Positions 25,716-38,800 of a DNA stretch of 64,000 nucleotides are shown in pieces. The DNA is from Callorhinchus milii (taxonomy: Eukaryota), in contig NW_024704743.1 in assembly GCF_018977255.1 (NCBI RefSeq), forward strand, positions 73,534,001-73,598,000. The letters run 5' to 3'. How positions within the stretch are numbered: position 1 is the first letter of the stretch; every line of letters begins with the position of its first letter. The notes beneath the pieces were generated by a model that did not search any database, was not told where the DNA came from, and saw only the letters and a list, made by a program, of their open reading frames with translations. A program made the position numbers and the translations under genes.

Positions 25716-27221
25716 TTGCATCACAGCAATCCAGTTAGTGGCAACTGCTCTTCACAAGTGACTTTTTAATCATACTCACACGCGTGGGTTGGTACACAGG
25801 TAAGTCACATGAAGATACTGAGAGTGAAGATTCTATTAAGCCTCAAATCTTCTCTTGACAGTTTAGCTTCCGAACACACCAAGTCTTTACACAAACAGCA
25901 TGCATTAACCGCAGTTACTTTTTCAACAGCAATGTTCAGATAGCTCTAAACTTAAACCTAAAGGTTATAATTGGTTTCCTCACTGATATTTTGTCAATAA
26001 TTGGCACACAGCGGGGAGCGGGGCATAGAAAATGCTGAGGATTGTTTATCAAATGCCATTACTAAATTTCACATGAAATTGCTGTTTTATATAACACAAA
26101 ATAGCAACCTTTGTCTGACCTAGTCTATCTGACGTAATGCAATTTACTTCAGAAACTTTACTCTTACGGATAAATGCTTCAATATAATTTTAAAAATACA
26201 AGGGAGGGGAGTAGTCAACTTTTTTTTAAATGAGATGCTATTGAAATTTGAATCTAATCTCCTTAAAGAGACAGTTTCACAACCTTCAAAGAAGACATGA
26301 GATTGAATTACCACTAACCTAACAGCCCTCATCACTCCATTTTTAATAACTTTATGAATATGTTTCATTGAAATTGATACTGCTGATTAAATTAACTCAG
26401 AGATGTTACTAAGTCTGAGAGTATCTGGGATCCAAATTGACATACATGTAGTAGAAATTACACAATCGAGGTGAATCTCTGCTGATACTAATTTAGCTCC
26501 CACATACAGACAGGCTCAACAACTCCTCGAAGCTAGTTTCCCCAATGATGTCATTGCCACTCACTATTTGAGACTCTATGACGAGGCACTATAAATGCAT
26601 TATTTTCTTATTAACATAACAAATGTCATGCTATAACTGGGGTGAAAGTAGGAAGGGGGGAGGGGTTCTGGGCGGTTAAGCACTAGTCATACACAGTCCT
26701 CAACTAATGTACACACAAACATGCACATTTTCTAACAGGAGTCTCTGGATTATACTTCCCCTCTAGAATGCAAAGACACTGAGTCCAATTGCTGTGCTCC
26801 TAGTGCAGCCTTCTCTGAATTCAACAAACTCAGCAGAGACTCAGGGATCAAGCCTGGCACTTTTAGTGCTCTATATGGCTTTGTTTTGTTGGGCAGTTGA
26901 TTTATGAACTGAGTCACATCAGGCAGAAGGAATGAAAGATGAGTGGAAAGGTTGATATAACATGTCTGCTATTCCCAGATTGGTTGGCTCAACAACAATA
27001 AATTTCAATTTCTGTCAATTAAACATTTTAATCAACTAATCTACTGCAACCAGTCAACCTCCATGGCGGACCTCCGTTCCATAATCTTTAGAAAGGAGTT
27101 AACAAATAATATTGGACATGTGTTAAAAGCTTTGAGGCAACGAACTTCTGAAGACAACACTCGGTTTCAATATCAGACAAACTCAAATGGTCTGAATACC
27201 CCAACTGAATGCAGTTAATCA

Positions 27222-27445
27222 TAGACTGCAGCACATAGCACAGTGCAAAACACAGTGCAGCTAACAATACAGTACAATGCACAGAAGCAAAGTTAATGAT
27301 TCAGTGAAAGTGCAGCATAGTACAAAGAACAATGCAGGCAATGATACAATGGAAAGCACAATGCAGTTATGGACAGTGCAGGAATCACACAGTGCAGATA
27401 ATGATACAATGCAGGAACGATAGCGTGCAAAGTGCAGCTACAATT
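27222..27445. repeat. Degenerate minisatellite with an ACAGTGCAG/ACAATGCAG core
   Basis: The core recurs roughly ten times with variable spacers. Confidence 0.65.
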
Positions 27446-28098
27446 GCTCAAAGATTGTACCAGGGAAATAATATTGAAAATATATATTTTTTTAAAAATT
27501 GATTACAGACCGATTATGGATCTGTCCTCAGCATAATTGTTAACATCATTCAATTTACCACTGCAGGCTATAACTGTTCATTTCATGGACAATGATAGCA
27601 AATCGTATTTATACGTAGTTAATAACCTCCTTGAAATTCTAGTTTGTCTCCCACTTGTGATTTAAATATTTTCATAGACTTGATAATGTCTTTGGGCTGT
27701 GTTGTCTTATTAGAATTATACTGCTGAAGAAACCTGCAGATAAATATTAATTTAGTTCATCACTGAAAATCAGTTGATGAATTTAGTCCTAGTTTACCTG
27801 TTTTGGCATTTTGCCAATTTTGCAATTTGTGATTTGAAGGATATCTTTACAGCAAGCTGGTGAGGGTTATTTGCAGAGATTAACAGAGAAATCGAAAGGC
27901 TACCTTAGGTTCTTTTGCTGAAGAGACAACATGGCCTTTTTGTAATTGCACTGGTGTGCTGCTCAGCCACATTGGCACAAGATATGTTTGATTAAGTGGA
28001 CACAGGTTTGAGGGCATAGCGAGGGTAATTTTAAGGCAGAAAAANGGATGTAATTCTTCCCCCAGAGGGTAATCAGAAGGAACTGGTTACTTGGAAGG

Positions 28099-28129
<31 letters not shown>

Positions 28130-29053
28130 CCTTGCATTTGGTAATCCTTGCCTTATCACGTATTCAAGACCATCTCAAAACGCTTCACAGAATATACTGT
28201 AAAGTGAATTGTATATATTGTGGGTGAACAGGATGGAAGAGAAAGGAATTTATCTTAGTATCCTGGCCAAAAGATGGGGTCATTCGGTTCTTAGCTGATT
28301 GTTGGGACATTACTGTGCTTATTTGCCTATATATTACATTAACTACACTTTATTGTAATTCCCATGAAGCTCTTTAAGACATCTCAATAATGTGGTAAAG
28401 CCTATTACAAATGCCAGGATTATTATTATGTGTGAATTCTGCATTGAACAGACTTCGGACTTCAACAGCCTTCAATACCTCTTTATTACACAAGTAGCTG
28501 ATGCTCATTTTCAACTCCGCTTTCCTGCGTTCTGACATTCACTCTCGTACACATTAACACAAGTCACTTGCCTACTGTTATAAGAAAGAACTTGTATTTT
28601 TACTGCACCTCATCACTTTGAAATGCCTCAAAGTGTTTCACAGATAATTGGTGTCAAGTGAAATGATTGTCTATTGGTTGGCAAACGTGACAGTCATTTG
28701 CACCAGTGAGATTCCACAAACAGCCATGAGGTGAATGACCAATTAATCTGATGGTTTGCAAGCCAAGACACTGGGAGAAACACCCTGCTTCTCAGCATAG
28801 CTGAAGGATTCTTTAATATCGAACTGAAGGTAGGCAGACGGGTCCTCATTCTACTGAAAAATGGCACCTTGATCAAATCTCCCCAACGGTAGCCTAAACC
28901 ACGAGCTTAGGTCCTACCATGGGGAAAGAGTACACCCAACAGGCAATCTGACTGAATTGATAAAATGTTAATAAATCAGACACAAGCTTCACAAACTAAT
29001 AAAAAATATAACCACAATAACTCCTCACAAGCTCTCCATTCATTTACTGAATT

Positions 29054-29362
29054 AATAATAATCCTTGCATTTGATACAGCGCTTTTCACATCTTCTAGAC
29101 GTCTCAAAGAGCTTCACAGAATATACTGTAAAGTGAATGGACTATATTTGTGGGAAAAACGCGGCAGCCAATGTCATACAGTAGTGTCCCACAGTCGTGG
29201 ATTGAGTGACCAAATTATTATTGTGTGCTTTTATTTTCTTGAGGGATTATTATCAAGCGTATGGAGCAAGAAAACTTGCCAAAGGTTTCACCCTGCCGGG
29301 AATCGAACTCAGGTCTCTCGCTCGTGAGACGAGTACTCTAACTACCGAACTACAGGACTCCA
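29054..29362 (-). mobile_element. Near full-length short tRNA-Deu-L2 SINE, older tail variant
   Basis: Head tggagtcctgtagttcggtagttagag; tail gagacgtctagaagatgtgaaaagcgc. Confidence 0.88.
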
Positions 29363-30948
29363 GCATCCATCAAAACACATCCAGCAAAACGCATAATATT
29401 TGCACACTTGTTTTTAGAGATATCTCAAATATTGGTGGACAGGTAAATCACAAATATCTACATAATTCTGACCAAGGTAGAGATGACTGAAGAGGCCTAT
29501 TGGTTGATGTAGCGTCAAAGGCTCAGAGGTACTAATGTTGAAGCACACAGTGATGTACAACCCTATTATAACTTTTAGAAAGTATAGTAACATAAAAAGA
29601 GATGCAATCTATAGTTTCCATTAATATTCAAGTTTCTGATAGCAGTAATAAATCCTTTGGAGAAATATTTCTTGGCATTAAATGTTGACATAATGAAAAC
29701 GACAGAGCCAATCAATGCAACCATTTCTAATTTACAACTCTCTTGAAAGTTTTGCCGATGTCAGCTTTGTGATGATTTTATTCTGTGCATTATTTGTGGG
29801 TTTAGTTAAAATAGATTTTTTTCTCAGAATATATCTCCTATTACAGAGGCTCTAAACAGAGTGGTTCATAACACCAAGATTTTAATTACTGGTCTCGAGG
29901 AGACTGCAGATCATAAAGCCTCGTGCACACCGTTGTCTGGCGGTTTACGATAAACCTGGAATGAACTATACTTGAGAATAGGAACAATATTCTAACAGAG
30001 ATGCTGGGATTACACCACCAACCTATACCCTCTGGAAGAGAAAGATAGGCTAACGACTCAGGGCAGAAACAGTGACATATGGTTACACAACAGAGGAAGG
30101 TGAGTCATGAAAAGGCGCAGATAGCCATTGAGCCACGAACAGATTGTGAACTACTGCTGATATAGTCCAGCTCCATTAGAACAGAAGTCATTAATGTACA
30201 AGGCTCTTGTTAAAATATAGCGTGTTACAGCGTAGCTGCTCCAGGTCACTTCCAGTTCCTGATTTCTACTGACATCACCGAGCCCTGCAGCGCCTTGTGG
30301 ACAGTCAGCGCCTCTTCCTCGTGTGTATTTCACTGACAATACTACGTCAGTACATTGTGTGTTTAGGGTGTTAGGAGATAGTATTCCAACAATTCTAATG
30401 GGCACTGCGCACACATTAGTATCTTAAATAGCACATTTAAGTGGTGATAAGATGTCCACGTGTGTGCAAAATGTCATCTGCTGAGATCTAGAGGCTGCGT
30501 AAAAGCAAGTGCTTTTCATTTAGCCTGGACTTCATGATTGCAATATAAAAGCAGTCTTAATAATGCTTTACCAAACTTATTATTCTCTGTGACAATGATA
30601 CCTGGTGACCGTGAGGCAGTGATTTCCAGCTACCTATTAAGAATATATCAATTCACCATGATACTAACTTTTGGAAAGATGTTGGGGTAGCCTCGATGTC
30701 AGAGTTGACTTTCTGAAGGATTTTCTTGTGGAAGCAGGTAGCAGAAGGAACCCCAACTGGCTTGTATGTCAGTCTAGCTCAGTAGGCAGCTCTCACTTCT
30801 GGAGGACGATTCATAGAACTTCATAGGATTTATTGTAAAGTGTAGTTACTGTATATTTTATATTCTGGAGGATGAGAAGGGCCTCATTCATCCAAACTGA
30901 CCCTGTGATCTTGTGAGATGTACATCACATGGAGCAAAACTGAGGCAG

Positions 30949-31880
30949 CAACAAGGAACAACAACGACAAAATTACATTTGTATAGCGCCTTTCACGTCG
31001 GGAAGACGTCTCAAGGTGCTGGAAGGTAGAAAGCAGGGAGGGTACGAGGGTAAGCGAAGGCATGGTCAAAGAGGAGGGTCTTGAGATGAGTCTTGAAGGA
31101 GGCAAGGGAGGAGGCAAGGCAGAAGGTCTACGAGATGGAGTTCCAGAGGCAGAGTGGCAGATTGTGAAGTGGCAGATGTGAAAAAAGCTGGAGCCCGCTG
31201 AGTGGAGGTCGCAGAGGTAGGGGGAGCAAGACCGTGGAGGCCTTTGAAGGTGAGGACCAGGATCTTGAACTGTATCCTCTGTATGATGGAAGATAGTGGA
31301 GTTGGGCGAGGGATGGGGGGTGATAGGCACACGGAGCCTAGTGCGGGAAAGGACATGGGCTGCAGAGTTCCGGATGATCTGCAGCCTGTGGAGGGAGGAG
31401 TTGGGGAGGCCGACAAGCAGTGAGTTTGCATAGTCAAGCCTTGATGTAATGACGGTTTCAGCGGCCTGTGGTGTGAGACAGTGTTAGAGCCGGGCGATGT
31501 TGTGGAGGTGGGGGAAGGCAGAGCAGGTCATGGCGCAGATGTGTGGTAGAAACAATAGTTGAGGGTCAAACAAGACCCCAAGGTCCCAGACTGGCTTAGA
31601 AAGGTGGAGTGAGCAACCATGGAGGTGCGGAGGTGTGGAGGTGCTGACGGAAGCCAATCAGGGGAGCCTCGGTCTTGTTGATGTTCAACTGAAGAAAGTT
31701 ACCTCTCATCCAGGACTCGATGTCTGACAGACATTCTGTCAGCACAGCAGTGGTCCTGGAGTCAAGAGTGGAGGCAGAGAGGTAGAGTTGGGTGTCATCC
31801 ACATACATGTGGAAGTTGACCCCATCTCTGCGGATGATGTCACCAAGAGAGAGCATATAAATATTGAACAGGAGGGAAAC
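30949..31880 (-). mobile_element. Decayed L2 RT C-terminal fragment with internal deletions
   Basis: Motifs [24 protein letters not shown] and NFLQLNINKTEA; L2 tail at 30950-31020. Confidence 0.9.
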
Positions 31881-32390
31881 AGATATTGTGAATGATAAAT
31901 TAAGTCCTGATTGCAATTACTTACTCAACACTCAATAAATTGATTTTTTTTACATTACCTGATCCAATTGTCAATCTATTTCCATTGAACCCTCACTCAG
32001 ACTTCTTTATTATTTATATTAAATATATTTTACATTTAAAATACTTCTGGTGTATGACACTAGTAATGCTTGCAATGCCCTTTTGAAATATTTTGTGCTG
32101 GAAAAGGACGTTAATTGAAGCAACATAAATACAGAAATCGTTGCGTTTCGCCCACAAATATACAGTCAATTCACTTTAAAGTAAATTCTGTGAAGCGCTT
32201 TGAGCTGTCTAAACGATGTGATAAAGTGCTGCATCACATGCAAGAATTGTTATCATTGCATTTGACATACACCTTTCATGTCAGGAGAGCATCTTAAAGT
32301 CCTTCACAGAATTCACCATGATGTGTAGTGACTGTTTTTTTTAAGACAAAATTCACATCATTGATGTTCACAAACTGGAAGTTTCAATTT

Positions 32391-32684
32391 AATAATAATA
32401 ATCCTTGCATTTGATATAGCGCTTTTCACGTCGGGAGGACGTCCCAAAGCGCTTCACAGAACACACTGTAAAGTGAATTGACTGTATATTTGTGGGTGAA
32501 CGCGGCAGCCAATTGCGCACAGCAATGTCCCACAAACAGTCATGGATTGAAAATGACCAATTTATTATTGTTTTGTTTTGGAGGGATTATTATTAGGCGT
32601 GTGGAGTAAGGAAACTTGCCCAAGGTTGGCCCTGCCTGGAATTGAACTCAGGTCTCTCGCTTGCACTGAGCTACAGGACTCCAC
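32391..32684 (-). mobile_element. Young short tRNA-Deu-L2 SINE with an 18-nt deletion in its tRNA head
   Basis: Near identical to 57823-58157 but lacks aagcgagtgctctaacca; CAATTTA duplicated at 32385-32391 and 32684-32690. Confidence 0.93.
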
Positions 32685-33264
32685 AATTTAGACAATTTAG
32701 ACAACAAATCTGGTTTGTGAATGTATCTTACTAAACCCTGAAATATGTATGATAAGCATTAAAAGGGTGTAATGGGGACAGCAATGGGTGAAAAGGGAAC
32801 AAGGGAGAATAATAAGAATAATGGGATTGTCAGATGCAACAAATTTCATTTAGAACGTGAATGATGTGCATTTGATCATTGAAAGCATTCTACGAATGAT
32901 AGCTTTTAAGGCTTTGTCTCCCCAGCCAGAATCAATAATCTATCCACCAACAAGCAAGTTCCAACAGCAAGAACATGTTGCAACTATACATTTCACTCGT
33001 GGTTCAGTTGGGGATCTAAAGAACCTCTCAGTCCTGACATGTCCTTTGACTTTTCGAAAATGCTTCTCACCCTTGAGAATTAAGAAAGTTGACTTTCTTG
33101 CACAATTTAAGTGAATGTGCCGCTAAGTTCTAACTGTGTATTTGGATAGGGAAGCAAGCAAGTGAATTGGGTCAGCAGATATTATTCTGAAATTGTCATT
33201 TTATTTTAGTTTTAGCTATATAAAAAGTTTCCTGCCTGAAATCTGCTTGCAATAATTGGATCGT

Positions 33265-33690
33265 AATAATAATAATCCTTACAATTGATATACCACCGTT
33301 CATATCGAGAGGATGTTTCAATTTTGCAGGATAAACTGCAAAATATAATGACTGTAACTTGCAATTGAATGCAGCAGCTAATTTAAGTACAGCATTGCCC
33401 CACCAACAGACATGAAGTGAACAACTAAATTTTATCTGGAGGATTGTTGGTCAGGACACCAAGAGAAACTCTCTTCTCTTTTGGAATAGTGCCGTGGAGT
33501 CTCTTAATGTCCACCAGACCGGTTGAACGTCTCAGGTGAAGAACAGCACCTCCATTAATACAGCGCTCCCCTAGCACTTAATTGGAGTGTCAGCCGAGAC
33601 CATATGACTTCAATGTCCCAATATGGGATTTGAAGTCACAACCTTCTGACTTAGAAGTGAGAGTGCTATCAACTGAGCAAGGTTGACACA
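33265..33690 (-). mobile_element. Ancient long tRNA-Deu SINE, near full length
   Basis: Tail aataatcctt, Deu body, and head ...gagagtgctatcaactgagcaaggttgaca on the + strand. Confidence 0.75.
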
Positions 33691-34517
33691 CAAGGTTACT
33701 GTAAGACGTTTTACAGCACACTTAAATACAGCCACTCAGAAGATTTAAAAAGTGCTATATGAACTGTCCCTTTATAGGATGAGGCTCAATAGACTGTAAA
33801 GATGAAAAAAGGTGATTCTCGAAGTAAAGAACTTTTTTTTTAATATTAATCAGATGAAATACTGCTAGTTCAATGCTCTTTTAAACCCACAGCAATCACT
33901 GTCCAGGGAATACAAAAGGACGATCAATTATTCTCTTTAGTACTTCTTGATCCCGCAAGAGTATCTGCTTTCAAGCAGCTTTCATCCACCGCTGGAAAAT
34001 CTCTCTCCATTAGGTAGGTCCTAGCAGATTTACATCAATTACTGCAAGGTCTGCTTCAACACAACCAGTCACTAACAATCTCTATGCTATACACTCTACA
34101 CCCATTTAAACCTTCTATGATGCCAAGACTGGGATCAAGAGGAAATTGGCAGAAAGTGTGCAAGAAGGAAAATCTTTTCAGATAACAAGGGACACTGAGG
34201 AAATTCACTAAATGGGTTAAATTGGCACTGATTTGATTATCAAGGTACCGGGTGAATGTGAAGGAATGAACAACATTAATTCTCATTACACCGTAACACT
34301 GGTTCTAATGCCTCGCGGCTAAATTGACTATTTTCTCTATAGAACAAGTTAAGCTGATATAATTATGCAAATGTACTTACATTACTTAAATGAATGGATT
34401 TTATGCTTCATTTGAAATGACCTGCATCCATCTTGGCTTAAGTGTTTTGACGTACAGACCACAGAGACTGGTCAGTGTGGTGGGAGGCATGGCAACCGGG
34501 ATGGTAAATAAGCAGGG

Positions 34518-34602
34518 GACTGACTGACTGATTAAATGACGGATTGACTGACTGACTGACTGATTGATTGATAGATTGACTGACTTGATTAATTGACTGA
34601 CT
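34518..34602. repeat. (GACT/GATT)n tetranucleotide microsatellite
   Basis: Directly visible in the sequence. Confidence 0.9.
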
Positions 34603-35581
34603 GTACTTCCAAAAAGCAACTTCCAATTGTTCTTCTTGGAAATTTACATTTACGAACAGAAATGTGTATTATATTGTATCATGGCGTGGCTCGATCGCAG
34701 CCCATTGTAGTATAATTATACACTACAATTTATATTTATATTGTGCCTTTCATGTCAGGAAAGCATTCCAAAGTACTGGCTGGGCACCGGAGTTGTGGGT
34801 GGGAGTTCAAGTGATAATCGTCATGCGTGAAGCTGGAGTGTCGGCAAGTTATTGAACTGGGGCACTTGTCCTTCATTAAAACTAAACAGCAGACTGGGGA
34901 ATCTCAAAATCTAACGTTACTCTGCATGGAATCCCCGTTTACCTAATGCTCCCTTGTGAAACACTGCTCCAGAGATCCGGTTTGGAGCCAATTACTTGTC
35001 ATCGGAATATAGATGGAGTTGAGTACTTGTGGGTCTGGGGGACAATTCTTAGCAGGAGTATTTATGCCCTGAGTGCTTTTTCTAGTATAAAATGTCATTA
35101 CGCTGTTTCCCTGACAATCATTCTTTCGATCCCTATGTCTGATTCTGTGTTCTACTGATTCTATCTAATACTTATTGTAACTGCACACATGTACTTCCAA
35201 TGTGTTCTCCGTATTCCTCATTACCCGTTTATATTCCCCAATTAGATAATGACTGGAACCGAAGTAGGAGGATTGAGCCACAGTTGAGGTAAAATCTCCT
35301 TTTGCACTGTGGTGGAAATACTTAAAGAGAAAGTAAAATCTAGAAAGATGCTTGCAGTGACTATGAGTATTTAGATTTTGCTGCTGCTGCTGCCGCCGCC
35401 TGTGGAGGATATATTAAAAGCACTTCTTGAGCTTCATCTCCAATGCTCTAGAGGCAGAGTACAAATTCTTTTCATTACAGCACTGAAAACTAGGAGCTGC
35501 TGTCGACAGCAGGGATACACTGTAAAGAGGCTATTAGGTTTACACAAATGCAAGCGGGATCTCTTTGGGGCTGAGCTGGCT

Positions 35582-36090
35582 CCAAGTTGACATTCTCGAC
35601 AACGGAATGTCAGAATTGTCACCCACCCCTCTGTGAGGGTCTCAGTAGTCCAGTTCCTGAGCCAGGTGAGTTAGCAATACTCCAGGGCACGGCCAATCAC
35701 AGGCCAGACAGCCTGGCTCATTGGCAGGACTTGGAAAAGGCAGACACAGGAAACAGTGTCTCTTTGCCCTCAGCTCCTGTTAATCCTCCAAGGCAAAGGC
35801 CTGATGGGCAGTATGGTTCTAGCTAGATAAGCTGTGGGAAATTTGCCAGACAGTGGTCTCGATGGCAAGCCACATGATTTGAGTTGGATAAACTCCAGCA
35901 ATACCCTCACGCACACAGTGAGGTCTCCAAACCTTTCCCCAAACTAATTAATTGCTGGTATTGATAAATAGGGTACGTCCCTCCAAGGACAGAGTTGTGG
36001 TCCATTATACGTATGTAGAACGCAGTCTGGTCTGCATACGTTTAATCATGGCGATGGGTTTCTGCATGCAGATCGCTTTTCCGGGGGTAT
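35582..36090 (+). repeat. Unclassified ancient dispersed repeat, second long copy
   Basis: Shares ordered blocks with 7800-8350 (gttcctgagcc, ccagggcac, cagcctggct, cagctcctgtt, ttgccagacag, atggcaa, actccagca). Confidence 0.7.
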
Positions 36091-38389
36091 TGATCCCTTA
36101 AAAAAATGTGGTCACTCAATCTATGACTGTTTGTGGGACACTGCTGTGCACAATTGGCTGCCGCATTTCGCCCCAAAATACAGTCAATTCACTTTACAGT
36201 ATATCCTGTGAAGTACTTTGAGACGTCTTGAAGACGTCATAAGGTGCTATATCAAATCTAGAGGTTATTGTTTATTATTATTATTATTATTATTATTATG
36301 TGAAAACCCACAGATCAGAAGGAATTTCAGGCCATTGATCCATCAGGAAACCATTAAAGATTTCGAAATAATATCACTGCAAGGATGTGAAATGTGGATA
36401 ATCTTATCTTTTTACAGAGACGGAAATGATCTAACATTTGCATGGATCTTTGCAGACTCAGCTTTCTCTTCCTTGTGCAGAGAATAGAAATCAATTTAAG
36501 GATTGTTTTTTAAACATCTGTGATCTTCAGCCCAGTATTATGACACTGCTCCCCTCACTGCATACACCGTTCAAAATATTGAACTTTCTGATTAGAAAAA
36601 GACGAACAAATGATCATACTTTTTAGAACTCCTCTCACCTACAACTGAAAGACCACGTACACAAGCACATAGTTGTTGGCACCTTGCTGCCAATCTCTGT
36701 TTGAGCTCAGTTTCAGATGAGTCCAACGGAATGGGAGGGGATGGAGAAACACAATCCAAGTGTCTACAGTAACAAAATAGATCAATAGAGTGACTACAGA
36801 GGGGCATTTTGCATAAATGCAGACTAGGAGAATTACACCGAAAGAAACCAACATAGATCGAAGATATGCTGTCTTCCCAATTCCATTCATTGACAATCTG
36901 GAACAAATAGCTGATTAGCGTACTGAATAGTAACTTAGTTCAAGATCCAAAAGGACTTGGGTCAATCTCTAAATCAGCAGGGAGTGAAGAGGTAGGAAAA
37001 GTGGTCAGATTGAATTTTGATCTACGAACGAGCACGATAGGTCTTTTCGTATTCGTTCATTTTGGGGATGGTAATGGGTTTCTGCGTGTGTCGGACACCC
37101 GGCTGACCAAATAAAACATATAGCACCTTAAGTTGTCATAACATCTCAAAGTGCTTCACAGGATTTATTGTAAAATGTAGTGGCTATCTTTGCAGGCGGA
37201 CATGGCTGATTATTATTTGATTATTATTTGATTAGATAAATCATTTTGTAATTTGTTTAAATTCTCGCCAGGCTCCACTGTTTCTAAATGGATTGACTTC
37301 AAGATCCTCATCCTCGCATACAAATCCTTTGGTGCCCCAGCCCTCCTCTGCCCGACCCCCTTTCCTCAGCTGCCAGAGGCACACTGCGAGTCCCCTGATC
37401 TCTCCATGCCACCATTGGCAGCCATGTCTTCAGCCTATGGAACTCCCTGACTCAATCTCACTGCCTTGCTCTCCATTTAGCTATCTGGTCACCTCTCCCT
37501 TCTCCCTTGCTCGGTCTCCAACCCCGCCATTGTGCAACCCTTTGAGATTCTATGCTATGTGAAGGGCGCGATATAAATACAAGTTGTTGTTGTTAAAACA
37601 TAGCAGCTACATTTTTCAGATAAATTTGGCAGATTTCGATGAACTAAGATTAGAAATTTCCAGCTTTTAATCACTGTTCTGCTGAATGGATTATTTCTCA
37701 AGGACATTCTCTCTCGCTCTCTCTTGGAATTTTATTGCTGAATATAATCACTTTGCAGTCCCTCCCTATGTTCGGCAAACACCAGCCTGCTTCATGTCAG
37801 TAGGTGAAGTTTCAGCAATTTTGTCCCCACTCTCCGGAACTCCATCCTGGAGTCCCTCCACCTTGCTCCCCTCCGACTCGCCTAGGCACTTTTCTCTTTG
37901 ACTGCACTTTTGGTCATCTTCTCTCCCACCACCCCAACCTTCCTCAGATCCCTCCCACCCCCAACTTGGGCCCCCAGTTGGCTCTGTGAAGACCTTTGTG
38001 ATGCCTTATCACATCGATGAAACATCTCAAAGTGGTCCACAAGATTTACCGTAGTCAGAAGACTGTATTTTGTAGGCCACTGTATTTTTATTCATTTCAT
38101 AAATCTCTAACTGCTTGTGTCCTTCAGCTATTAAACAACTTATTTTGTGGTTCTGTAACTGTATTGCACTGGCTGCCAAGTTATTGATCAGTGATGAATT
38201 ATTCATAATCATTCCTTGGGTATTACTGATATTATTTCACAGAAAGCCTTTAATCTCACCTTGAGCTTTCTTATCTTAACTTTTTTTGTACAGAAGAAAG
38301 ACCATATCACTGAGCAAGTGTAGATTGGTGTATGAGTACGAGATAATCAGGGACAATCTGGAGGTTTTGCTCCAATACAGAAAAATATT

Positions 38390-38800
38390 AATAATAATCA
38401 TCCATGCAGTTGATAACATCTCATCGCATTATCAAAACATCTCAAAGTACTTCACAGAATTTTATTAATTGTGAAGTGCAGAGATTGTAATATGTAGGCG
38501 AAAGCAGCAATTACTTTGTGCATTAATTTCCTACAAACTGCTAAGAAGTGAATAGCTAATTTTATCTGGAGGATAGTTAGCTAGGACATCAGAAGCAACT
38601 ACCTTCTTTTTTCAAATAGTGCCATGGGATCTTTAACAACCACCTGAACAGGCAGACAGGAACTTTGTTTAACGTTTCATCCGAAGGATAACTCTTCCAA
38701 CAATGCAGCACTCTCCCAACACTATCCTGGAACTTCTGCCAAGTCCTGACATGTGGATTGAACCTACAATCTTCTGACTCAGTGGCAAGAGTGCTATAAA
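38390..38800 (-). mobile_element. Ancient long tRNA-Deu SINE
   Basis: Contains caaatagtgccatgggatctttaac..ccacctgaacaggcagac and the head remnant ttctgactcag..gagtgcta. Confidence 0.75.

Noticed and set aside
27222..27445. Repeated motif with variable spacers, superficially CRISPR-like
   Set aside because: Short degenerate core, irregular spacing, no cas genes, vertebrate context; a decayed minisatellite.
22711..28045. Two ambiguous n bases (22711 and 28045)
   Set aside because: Base-calling or assembly ambiguity next to A runs; no biological signal.
29487..29512. ctgaaga-ggcctattggtt resembling a hammerhead ribozyme core
   Set aside because: The required GAAA after stem II is absent (gatg) and no stems I or III are evident.
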